In this document: positions 42,789 through 54,700 of the stretch, in pieces
How the letters are laid out: every line of letters starts with the position of its first letter
Numbering within the stretch: position 1 is the first letter of the stretch
DNA from: an uncultured bacterium
GTDB lineage: Bacteria > Muiribacteriota > UBA6191
NCBI GenBank assembly: GCA_964503595.1
Contig: CAZDAM010000003.1
Coordinates: 5,844-69,843, forward strand
DNA: 64,000 nt
Direction: 5' to 3'
Made by a program: the position numbers and the translations under genes
The notes under the pieces: model-generated
The model's input: the letters and a program-made list of their open reading frames with translations, nothing else
What the model was told of the DNA's origin: nothing
Databases searched by the model: none

Positions 42789-45700
42789 ATGAGCTCAAAA
42801 ATGAAAAGCCTTGTCAGAACCCAGACCTACATGAAAGCACGCCGCTTTTTTCAGAAATTTACGAAGAAGAAGGAGGCCGCTCCTCAGGTGCTTGATGGCA
42901 GACGGGAACGCTTCCGTCTGGACAGCCTTGAAGAGAGAGTTCTGCTTTCAGCAGATCCGGTTACGGAGACGGCTCATGCGATTTTGCACGAACCTCAGAA
43001 GAACGAGTCCCGAATTGAGCTTTTAAGTGAGGCTTCCCTGCGTCAGCCTACCCTAAGCCTTCAGGAACAGCACCCTCAGGCCGCAATTGTTCTGGATGCC
43101 GGCACGCTTTCCCAGAACAGAAATTCCCTGGAATCCTCCCTTGTGATCGGCGAGAACGAAGTTCTTGGCGGCAGTGGAAATCTGGGCATTCACCTGATGA
43201 ATGATGGCACCGTTGCTCCCGGATATTCTCCCGGAGTTCAGAATGTAGCCAGCTTCACCCAGGCCGAAGGTGCGACCCTTGAAATCGAAATCGGGGGCAG
43301 TGGGGTTGCCGGGGCCTCCGATGGTTTTGATCAGCTCAATGTCTCCGGTCTGGCAAGCCTTGGTGGCAAGCTTGAAGTCACCCTTCTGAATGACTACAAA
43401 CCTCAGGTCGGAGACACTTTCGACATCCTTACCTTTGGCTCGGTGAGCGGAGAATTTGATTCGGTAGGCGGTCTTTACGGATTTTATGCAGATTATTACT
43501 TCGATGTGGTGCAAAAATCCGATCGCATTCAGCTGGTCGTCAAGGAGCTTTTGCCCGGAGATACCTTCGAGATTGCCGCTGACGAGGCCTTTCGAGATGC
43601 CATGTCGGAGTTTCTGGCTCAGGATTATCTCAAGAAGCCGACTTCCATTACCTTTACCGGCTCCATTGATCTTGGAGATGCCTTTTCGGTTGGAGGCACC
43701 TTTACCCTGAATCAGGTCAGCACCGGTCAGGATGTCACTTTAAGTGATGGGTCCACAGTCAATGTTTCGATCAAGACTCTGGGGATGCGGGGCGCTTCAG
43801 CTTCTTTGGGTGGAAGCTTCGGCCTTCAGTTCGGCGGAGCTGATCTGGGAATTGCCATTTTTGATGCAACTTCCGAAGAAGATGGCCGCAGTTGGGTTGG
43901 AGCCCAGGGAAGTCTGGAAAGCGTTTCTCTTTTGAATCTTGGAAGCTACGGCATCCAGGGAGAAAACCTTCAGCTTGACATCTTCCAGGCCCTGGGAGAA
44001 GACAATGATGTTTTAATCGATTTGTCGGAAACCCCGTTGAGTATTTCTGATGGCAGTGGAACACTGGCTGAATTCTCCAATGACGGAGTTTTTGGGGAGT
44101 ATCTGAACGTGGCTGGAAATCTCCAGCTCACCATGCCTTTTTTGAATGTCTCCGGAGATTTCTTTGTCTCCGCGGATGATGCCTCCCTGTTTCTGGCCGG
44201 AGAAAATGTCACCGCTAGCTTTGAAGCCGGAGGCATGACTCTGGGTGTAAACAATGCCCGCTTTGGGGCCTACATTTTTGAAGATCAGAGCATGGTTCTG
44301 GAAGCAACCGGTGGCCTTGTCATGAGTGGAGGCGATTTCACGCTTCCTACTGGCGATTCTGTGAGCCTCAAATACAACACCACTGGCATCGAATTCACCG
44401 ATCTGGAAATGGCGATTGGGGAGAGATCCTTCACTTTTGGAACCATCGAAGCTTCCGAAGAACTCCTGGAATTGAGCATCAGTGGCTTTGAAGCCAACCT
44501 GGGCGGAGTGTTCGGGCTGTCCGGAGACTTCGGTTTCCGCAAAAACGGGGAAGATCTGAATGTGGTGGCTCAGAATGCTGCCGTAAGCCTGAATGCTGGC
44601 GGCTTCAAGGCTGGAGTGAAAGACGCCACCCTGGGTCTGAAAATGAGCGATCTGGGAACCGCCATGGAAGCAACCGGCGCGGCCTGGTTTGAGCTTGGAG
44701 ATGCAGTTTCCCTGAGTGCTGACAGTGTCCAGGTGCTCTATAACGAAACCGGAGAAGACCTGATTGGAACCAGTCTCTCGGCTGCTTCTCTGGAATATAC
44801 CTTTACAGCAATTGAGGGTTCGACGACCCTTCAGCAAGTGGCTGTAAGTGGGGCCAGCCTGGAAGTGGCCGGCTTTGTGCAGGCCAGCGGTAATCTTGCC
44901 GTCAAGCGGGATGAAGTTGCTCTGGAGCTTTCGGATGAGTCCCTGGTTCTGGCCGAGCTTTTGACCATTGGTGGCAAGAATGTAAGCGCCTTTGCCGGCC
45001 TGAATGGTGGCTCTTCCTCCGCTTTGGGCCTTCAGATCAGCGCCCTGACTTTCGGGGTCGCCCTGATGAGCGAAATCGATGGTGAGGAGAGAAGCTGGAC
45101 AGCCGTCTACGGGGAAGCCGAATCCGCCGGATTTGTCGGTCCAGACAGCCTCACGATTTCTGCCAGTGCCCTGAAACTCGAACTGAATCTGGCCTCAGAA
45201 GACGGCCTGGTAGTGGATTTCTCGGAATTCAGTCACAGCGTTCCCGTTGGTGTGGGCGAAAGCCTCAGCCTTACGATGGACGCTCAGCGGGGCGAACTGA
45301 TCAGTGTCAGTGGCAACCTGAACATCCGCATCTTTGATTTCTTCGCCGTCTCCGGAGGCTTTGCCCTGGAAAAATCCACAGAAACTCTGAGGCTTTCGGA
45401 TGAAAGCGAAGTGGAAGTGGAGCTTCTGACTCTGGGAACCCAGGGAGTCTCGGCTTTTGCCGGTCTGAATCATGGCAGTGACAATGCCTTTGGTTTCTCT
45501 TTGGGAGATGTGAGCCTGGCTTTGGTCATGGCCACAGAAAAAGAGGATTCCTCCCAGTCCTATGTGAGCCTGAAAGCTCAGGCTGGCAGCGTAGCCTTTG
45601 AAGGAATCCCCGGAATCACCATTGCCGCAGATACCCTGGCCGTGGAACTGAACCTGGCATCAACAGAAGGTCTTTTGGTGGACTACTCCACCAAAGCCCT

Positions 45701-48700
45701 TACCGTACCCACGAGTTCTTCCACCAATATGAGCCTCACTATGGATTCCGAGGATGGCGAGCTGGTACGCGCTTCCGGAAATATGGATCTGGATCTCTTC
45801 GGCTTTGTGCAGGTTTCCGGGGGCTTTGGTTTTGAAAAGAAAACTGAAGTGGTGACTCTGGCTGATGGCAGCGAAGCCGAAGTCGATCTGATGACACTGG
45901 GGGCAAATGATGTCTCCGCATTCGCCGGAATCGCAGCTTCAAGCTCAAGTCGGGTGGGCCTTGCCTTAAGCGGACTGAATTTCGGTCTGGCCCTGATGTC
46001 CGATAAAAGCCGGGATGATCGCTCCTGGCTGGCCCTGAAAGGAAATGTAGGGGCTGCCAGTTTTGAGGGAATTCCTGGAATGGAGCTGGCCGCAGAATCC
46101 CTCAAGCTTGAAATCAACCGCTATACCGGAGAAGAAGGCGCATCCACAACCGAAACGATTGTGGAAACCTCCACGGAAACGGTCACGACGGAAAATACTC
46201 AAACCACCACAACAACAACCAAAACCGACACGATCTACAAACTGGATCTGAATGGGGTTGTGGCTCCGATTACTTTGAAACTGGGCGGAGAAACAGCCAC
46301 GATTCAGGTAAGCAAAGGGGCCGATTCGGATTCATTGCTGACCTCGATCAGGCAGGCTCTGGAAGGTTTTGCTGCCATTGGCGAAGGCAATGTTACCGTA
46401 AGTGGCAATCTGGTGGCGGGCTTTGAAATCCGCTTTCTGGGCGATCTGGCGGGAACTTCGGTGGAAGGCCTGAGTGTTGAGACCAGCTTCTTTGAAGTTT
46501 CCACAAACAGCTCGGAAACAAAGAATGCTCTGGTGGGCCGAAGTGAAAGCCAGACTCTGACTATTTCCAATCCAACCCTCAAGGGTTCGGGACGCTACAC
46601 CTTAAGTCTGGATGGCAAGAGCACCGGCGAAATCCGTTTTGCCGGATCCGATGTGGGCAACAATGCCCGCTATATCCGTGAGGCTCTGGAAAAAGTTTCC
46701 GGTATTGGAGCGGGTAATGTGAAGGTGGTCTACGACCAGAACTCCTCCACAACCAGCCAGCGCTATATCATCACCTTCAAAAAAGGTCTGGCCTACACCG
46801 ATATCAGCCTGCTTCAGGCCAATAACAATGGTTTGAAGAATGCGATTGTGGCCGTGACTCCGGGGCAGGATGGTTCCGTTGCCAGAGGAGAAACCAACCG
46901 GGTTTCCATCAATACCCTCGGCGATGTGGATCTGAACCTGCGCTTCACGATCAACGGCAAGGAATACCGCACGGATTATTTTGAGTCTGACTCTTCCGCC
47001 GACAAAGTGAAGTTCATGATTGAGCGGGAAGTCTACAGGGATGATATTGAAGTCCAGGTGACCGAGATCGCCAAAGGCACCTGGGACATCACCTTTGGAG
47101 GGGCTGCAACTGGGGTTTCCCTGGATGATTTTCTGGTGAATACATCGCAAAGCATTGAGTCTGCCAAGCTTCTGGTTTCCCAGATGGGTAAGACGGATGT
47201 AGAGACGGAGACGACGACTACCAGCAGCACGGAAACCATTGAGGTGGAAGAGACCACGGTTCTGGAATATCCGGCAGATGTGGTGGTGGACTTCTCTGAG
47301 AGCAATCTTGATGTTCTCACCGGACCCGACGCGACCATTGGGATTGATTTTGACGGAGATCTTGGAAATCTCCTGAGAGCTTCCGGAAATCTGAATATCA
47401 ATCTGTTCAATTTCTTCTCGGCATCCGGGGCTTTTGCTCTGGAAAAGTATGCCAGCGAAGTGACCCTGGATGATGGAAGCACCCTGGAAGTGGATATGCT
47501 CACCATCGGCGGGCATGGAATTGATGCTTTCGCGGGCCTTAACGGAGGAAGCCCTTCCCGTGTTGGCTTTGAGCTCGAGGCTGCTGATTTTGCCCTGGCG
47601 ATTATGACTGGCGTGGAAGACCCGGCTCTTCAATACACCAGCCTTCATGCCAGTGCCGGAAGTGCGGCTTTTGTTGGCTTTGACAATCTCAGAATTGCGG
47701 CAACCGACATCGAGATCCAGATCAATCAGGCTGATGAATACGGCTTTGTCGTGGACTGGCTGAAATCTCCTCTGGCCCTGACGACTGGCCCTGATTCTTC
47801 CACAGAAATGAATATGGATGGCTCGCGTGGAGAGCTTCTGAGCCTGTCGGCCAATATGGAAATCGATGTGGCCGGATTCTTCATGGTCAACGGACGCCTG
47901 GCCTTTGAAAAGTATGAATCCGTTGTGAAGCTTTCGGATGGCAAGGAAGCCGCAGTCAATCTGATGACGATTGGCGGCAAGAATCTCAATGCCTTTGCCG
48001 GAGTCAACGGAGGCAGTTCCGATCGGATGGGGATTGCCATCGACAATACGGAATTCGCCCTGGCCATGCTTCAGGAAAAAGGCGAAGGAGGCCGTAGCTG
48101 GACTTCTTTGAAAGCAACGTCTGATTACGCTGGCCTGGTGGGCCTTGATGGAATTCTGACGCTGAACGGGCAGGGCATTGCCGTCAATATCAATGACAGT
48201 GCTGAGGATGGCACGGTTGTGATGTATGGCGAAGAGGGCATGGCCATTCGGACCAGCGCGGATACCTCGCTGATTCTTGATATGAACCACCCAGGCAAGA
48301 TCATGCGGGCTGAAATCTATCGGGCTACTCTGGATATTGGTGGTTTCATCCAGATTCTGGGTGGAATCTATTTTGAGAAGGCCGAAAACGTCGAAGTGGA
48401 TGTTCGTACCGGCCTGCCGCTGGACTTGAGTGCCAATACTGGTTTGAGCTCCATCAGCTCGGATCTGCAACGTCTTAAGAATGATGGAATTCTGAGTGAG
48501 GACAATCAGACTCTGACCAATCTGAAGGTGGATTCCCTGACTTTTGGAGCCGGAGACGTTGATGTCTTCGTTGGCTACGGCCCTTATTTTGTGGATTCCA
48601 ACAATGATGGTGTCATCGATAGTCATGACACCCCCAACGAGGATGCATTCGGGTTTTCCCTGGAAAATATCGATGTTGGCTTTGTCACCATGCAGGCGGC

Positions 48701-51700
48701 CAAATCGGTGGATCCGAACGGCGTCATTCCCAAGATGTTTGCCCTGAAGGCGTTCTGGGCGGATCCGCTTGATATTGACTGGGGTTTCTTCAAATTTGAT
48801 ATCGATAATCTGATAGTTGAAGCGAACCAGGGTTCCAAGTGGAAGGGCACCCAGGCCACTCCATTCATTGATTTTGCCTCAAGCTTTGAAAACGGCTATG
48901 CCATTCCGACCCCAGGCGGCGATTCGGACATCGTTCTGGATTACAGCTCCTCCGTGATCGGAGCGTCTTTTGGACATACGCTTCTATCGATTGAGAATTT
49001 CTTCACGATTGAAGGTTCCTTCGCATTCTACAAATACGGTGGCATCACCGTTGATATCGCTACCGGACTTCCCGGAACCCTGCCTACCGGAACTGACGGA
49101 AATACCCGTACCGGTCTTCAGCAGCTGAAGAGTGCGGGCTATCTCTCGGATGACAATTCCCGCATCATGGCAATGCCGATGAATGTGATCACCATTGGTG
49201 GAGATCAGGTCAATATCTATGTGGGCGATGTGGATGATCCATTGCTCTCCTTCACCGACATTGATTTTGGAATTGCCCTTTATACCGCTGATAAGGGAAT
49301 TGATACCAAAGGGATCATTCCCCGCATGTATTCCATGCGCGCTTCCATTCCGGATGCCGTTGATATCGACTGGGGCTTTTTGCAGCTTGAAGTCAAGGAT
49401 CTGGTCCTAAAGGCCAATTCCGGAAGCCAGTGGAAGGGCCTGACCGGTCTGAAGCCCTATGTGGATTACACCACAAGTTTTGAAGAAGGCTTTGCCATTC
49501 AAACCGGAAATGAGCCCGTTATTCTTGATTATAACCGTGGCTTTTTGGGCGTGGAAATGGGTTATGCCCTGGTGAATATCGGGGACTTCCTGTTTCTGAA
49601 CGGCTCCTTCAATCTGGAAAAGACCGACAACGTTGCGATCGATATCGTAACCGGATATACCTCATCTTCCTTCTGGACCGCTCCTTCCAAGGTTCAGGCC
49701 GGTCTTCAGAAGATGGGTGGATTGTCTTCGGACAAAACCCGCATTGAAGATATGACGATGTCCGGCTTTGTTCTGGGCGGGGACAGTGTCAATGCCTTCA
49801 TTGGAATGGGTCCTTACTTTGAGGACACCAACGGGGATGGCCGGATCAATTCGGATGATGTCAGAAATGATGGTGCCATTGGCTTTGCCGTGGACAATCT
49901 TGATATTGGTCTGTCCATTTTCAAAAGCATCAAGGCTCTGGATCCGGACAAGGTCCTGCCGACATTCTATGCCCTGAAAGCCAGTGTGGATGCGATCGGT
50001 CTGGTTGGAATCGATTTCTTTGAACTCTCAGCCGAGGGCGTGACCCTCAAGGCCAATTCCGCGAGCAAGTACAAAGGTGCCCAGGTCAGTCCCTGGATTG
50101 ACTTCACTCAGAATTATCCTGATGGATTTGAAGTTTCCAAGGGCAACGGGGAATCCGTCTTCCTGGACTTCAGGGATCCGATTCTGGGGATCAATGTTGA
50201 ACGGGCCACCTTCATCATTGATAAATTCATTCATATCCAGGGAGCCTTCTCCTTTGAGCAGGGAGCCCGTCACCGTGTCAGTGTCGATACGGGAGTGAAT
50301 ACCTTCACAGGCTCTGCTCTGGCGGGCACTCTTGCCCAGCTGGAGCTCAAAACCGATGCTGAGGTCTCTTCCGACTGGACCCGGATTGAAAACCTGGAAG
50401 TGATTTCCACCACGATTGCCCTGAGTGATGTGGATGTTTTCGTAGGCTTCGGGGAACCTGATTTTGATCAGGACTTCAAAGAGCAGGACGATCTTTTCGG
50501 CTTTGGTATCAAGGACGTGGATCTGGCCATCGGCATGTTCAAGATTGCTGCCGACGTCAAAAACTTCCCGACTTTCATGGCCCTTTATGGGGCATCCAGC
50601 CAGTTTGAACTGTTCACCGGTCTTGATTTCTTTGAGTTCTCAGGGGAAGCCCTTCAGATCGAGCTGAACAAGGGAACCAAGTGGAAGGGCTCCGTTGCAG
50701 CTCCGACCATCAATTTCAAGGACAGTTTCCTGCCAGTTGGTGATAAGCCGGCTGGAATGGAGACGGTTGCCGGAACCGAAAGTTTCTACCTAGATTTTGC
50801 CGGTCCGGTCATTGGAGTCCAGGTCTTTGATGCTGTCATGAGAATTGACGGCTTTTTGCACATCGCTGGTGATTTTGCCTTCCGCAAGGAAACCACCAGG
50901 CAGACCATTAAAACGACTCTGGGATCCTATGAGGATGTAAACCTTGAGGCCATGAGCATTGCGGCCAATGATGCCTACCTGTTTGCCGGTCTGAGCTATT
51001 ACGATTTCTCTTCCGGGGAAATGGAGACTCTGGTCGGGGTTGAACTGGAGAATGTGAATGTCGGAATCGGTATGTTCAAGCCGACTCTGGACAATTCTCC
51101 CCTGATTACATCCCAGAAATTCCAGTTCACCACGGTCAAAGCCCATGCCGATCGGGCGGCCCTGGTAGGAATTGAAGATCTTCTGACTGTGGATCTTCGT
51201 GATATCACGATTGAAGCCAATCTTGGCAAAGGCAGCAATCCACTTCTGAAGCCTTTCATTGATTTCTCGGAAGATCCCTATGTGATTGAAGTTGGTGGAG
51301 AAGAAGTCGTCTTTGATTATGACAACAGCTGGCTTCTGGCATCTGTTGGTCTGGCCCATCTTCAGCTTTCCCAGTTTCTTTACCTGCATGGCTCTCTTGC
51401 TATCAGCAAAGCTGGAGCCCGTGAAGTCAAGGTCAATGCCGGGGAGTTCTCCTCTCTTCTGGGTGGAGATACGGTGACCCAGAGTGTTGAAACCATCACC
51501 ATCGGCGGACAGGATCTTTACGGTTTTGCCGGAATCGGCGGACCTTACCGCGAGGATTCCAACGGGGATGGTGTGATTGATGATCAGGACGGGGTCAATG
51601 ACTCTGCTCTTGGGGTCAGTCTGGAGGATGTGGATTTTGGGGTTGCCGTGATGACAACGGTTCTTCCCGGAGGCCTTCCTGCCAAGGGTCTGCCGACCTA

Positions 51701-54700
51701 TGTCGCGACCAAGGCCCATGTTGGACGGGCTGCCCTGATTGGTATGGAAGAGTTTCTGGATGTGGAACTCAACAAGGTGGAAGTCAATATCAACACTTCC
51801 ATCATCAAGGGACTGCCACCTCAGGCAGCTCTGGTGGCCCGCCTTCCGAACATCAATTTTGAAGAGTCCTTTGAAGAGGGTTACTACGCTGTTCCTACCG
51901 GGGCGGATGATGTCCTCATGGACTTCAATAATGAGCTGATTGAAATTTCGATTGGCTATGCAGAAGGAAACCTGGCCGGAATTCTTCAGCTCAGCGGTTC
52001 CATGGCCTTTTCCAAGCGGGGCTCGGAAGAAGTGACCTTAACGGATGGAACCAAGAAAACGGTTTCCACTCTGAGTCTGGGGATTGGAAATGCCTACGGC
52101 TTTGTCGGCTACGGAGGTTACTGGAGAGATTCCGATGGCAACGGCAAGATCGATGAAAACGATATTCCGAATACCTCAGCTGTAGGCCTTGCCATTGAAG
52201 ATTTGAATGTTGGCGTTGTATTCATGCGCGCCATTGACAATACGGATGTCTATGTCGGAGCCCAGGCCGATCTGACCAAGGCCGGATTCGTCGGAATTCC
52301 GGGAGTTACCTTTGAAGGCCGTGATTTCAGCCTCAGCCTGAATGCTTCCGTGACCGGTCCTGCCGTGGATTTCTCGGTATCCGGTGCAGATGGTGGGGCA
52401 TATCATGTGAAAACCGGTGAATTTGATCCGGAAACAGAAGAAGAAATCGATATCCTTCTGGAGCATGATGAGAAGCTTCTGGCAGCCCAGGGTGTTGCTG
52501 AAATCAACTTCTTTGATGTGGTTCAGATTGACGGAGCCTTCGATATCACAGTCGCAGAGTCCGGCATTGTGCTGTTTGCGGATGGCGATGCCTTCATCGG
52601 TGCGGGTGGCATTGGAATGTCCACCAGTGTGACCGGTCTTGTGGCCATTGAAGATGGTATGGCCATGCGTCTGAATCTGGAGCAGGGTCTGGATCTTGGA
52701 CCTCTGGCTTCCTTTGATGCGGAATTTGAATTCCGGATGAATACCTTTGGCCGGGACTATGTCTATGTGGTTCCGGAAAAACTCAGGGAGAAAACCGGAT
52801 TCGATGAATTCGTGGTTTCAGCCAAAGCACCCGGACAGGATGAGGTTTCCGATTTCTATGTCTCCCTGACCGGAGAAGGACACCTGAGTCTTCTGAGTGC
52901 TCTTGATATTGATGGTGAATTTGCAATTGTCTTCACCGAAGACAGTGCCCGTCTGGAAATCGGCGGCATCATCGATATGCCTCTGTTTGAACCTATCGGT
53001 GTTACCGGAACTCTCGGGTTTGAGGATGGCGGGCTTTACGGAGCTCTTCAGCTCGGACATCCATCCGGTTCGACTCTGATTGATGCGGGAGTTTTCTCCA
53101 TCAGCGGTTCTTTCCTGCTTCAGATCAATACGACATCGGAAACCCAGACCGTCAAGGCTCTGGACTTTTCTGAAGACGGAACCATCATTGGTTTCACTAC
53201 CAGAGAGATTGCCGCGGAAGAACTCTATATCGCCGGAACTGCATCGATTGAGCTGGCCGGATTTCTGGAAATGTCCGGCTCCGCAAGCCTGAGGCTGAGT
53301 TCTGAAGGAGTGGAAGCCGATCTGGCCATGAGCCTGGATCTGGGAGCCTTCGGAAGCCTGGAATTCAAAGGTGCTGCCGCAATTCTGAATACTGAGGATG
53401 AGGGCGCGGTCTTTGCCCTGAGCGTGGAAACCAATGTTGTCCTGGGCATGGATATTGTCGGAATTCAGGCTGGAGCCCTGCTTCAGATCAATACCAGCTC
53501 CATGCACGAATATGCAGGTGTTCAAGCCGGAACCACCTTCCTTCTGGAGCTCGACGGGGCCCTGAAGCTTCTGGCCTTCAATATCGATTTTGCCGGATCG
53601 ATCAGCGTGATTGACGGCATCTTTGAACTCCGAGTTGATGAAGCCAGTCTGAGCTTCTTCAATTTCGTGAATATTGAAGTCAGCGGATATTTCCGCTCGG
53701 ATGGAAAATGGAGAGTCAGTGGCGAAGCCCATATGAACATTGACATGGGTCCACTGGAACTCAGTGCCGGCTTTGAACTCACGGTCGGGCACGACATCTT
53801 CCGGGCAAGGGTCTATGGTTCTTTGGATATCAATATCGATATGGGGCTTTTCTCCATCAATGAAACCCTGGCAGGTTTTGAGGGTCTGATTGAAATCACG
53901 GAAGCCTCGGCCCACCTGAAAGCATCCGTTACCATTGTGGGAATCAGTGTCTCCGGTTCCATGACCTGGAGCTGGGGTGCTCCTCCGGTGATTGCTTCCC
54001 AGGTTGGCGACACCGTCATCCTTCACATGGGTGATGATGCTGACAAACGGGGCGATCTCTATCTCGACATCGTCAACGAGACCTATCACATCGAGGAACA
54101 GAAGGGAGTCCTGACAGTCCGCGCCATGGGTGAAACCATGGAATTCCGCAACGTGAAGCGGATTGTCGCCAAAGGTGGCAATGGCAATGACACCATCATT
54201 GTTGGCACGGGTGTTACCGCCAAGCTCGAATTTGATGGAGAAGACGGAACGGACACTCTGCTGATTGCCGGAGGTGCTGAGGGCTCTGTCATTCGTGGTG
54301 GTGCCGGCAATGACTATATGGTTGGTGGAAACGGCGGCATCTACTATTACGGGGATGGTGGCAATGACACCTTCATCGGGGGCGATGGCGGCGAAATCAT
54401 TGACATGGGTACCGGCAAGAACACAATTACAGCTGCCGGTGGAAATGACGTTATCTATATCGGAGCCGGGAATAACACGGTAGATGCCGGTTCTGGCAAT
54501 GACACCATGTATGTGGGCTGGAACGGGTATCTGGAGCTCACTGCCGGATCCGGAGAAGACATTGTCATCATGGATACCCTGGCTTCCAACGAGTCCCTGA
54601 AATTCAAGGATCACAGTCTGGAATACAGCTTAAGGGCCATGGACTTCGGTGATGATCTCGAACTGATTCAGATCAGGGATACCGCGGCGACCACAAAAAT

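Noticed and set aside
54294-54530. Treating the RTX block as proof of a classical T1SS substrate
   Set aside because: The block is internal, the C-terminus is outside the window, and no ABC/TolC genes are nearby. The secretion route is left open rather than called T1SS.
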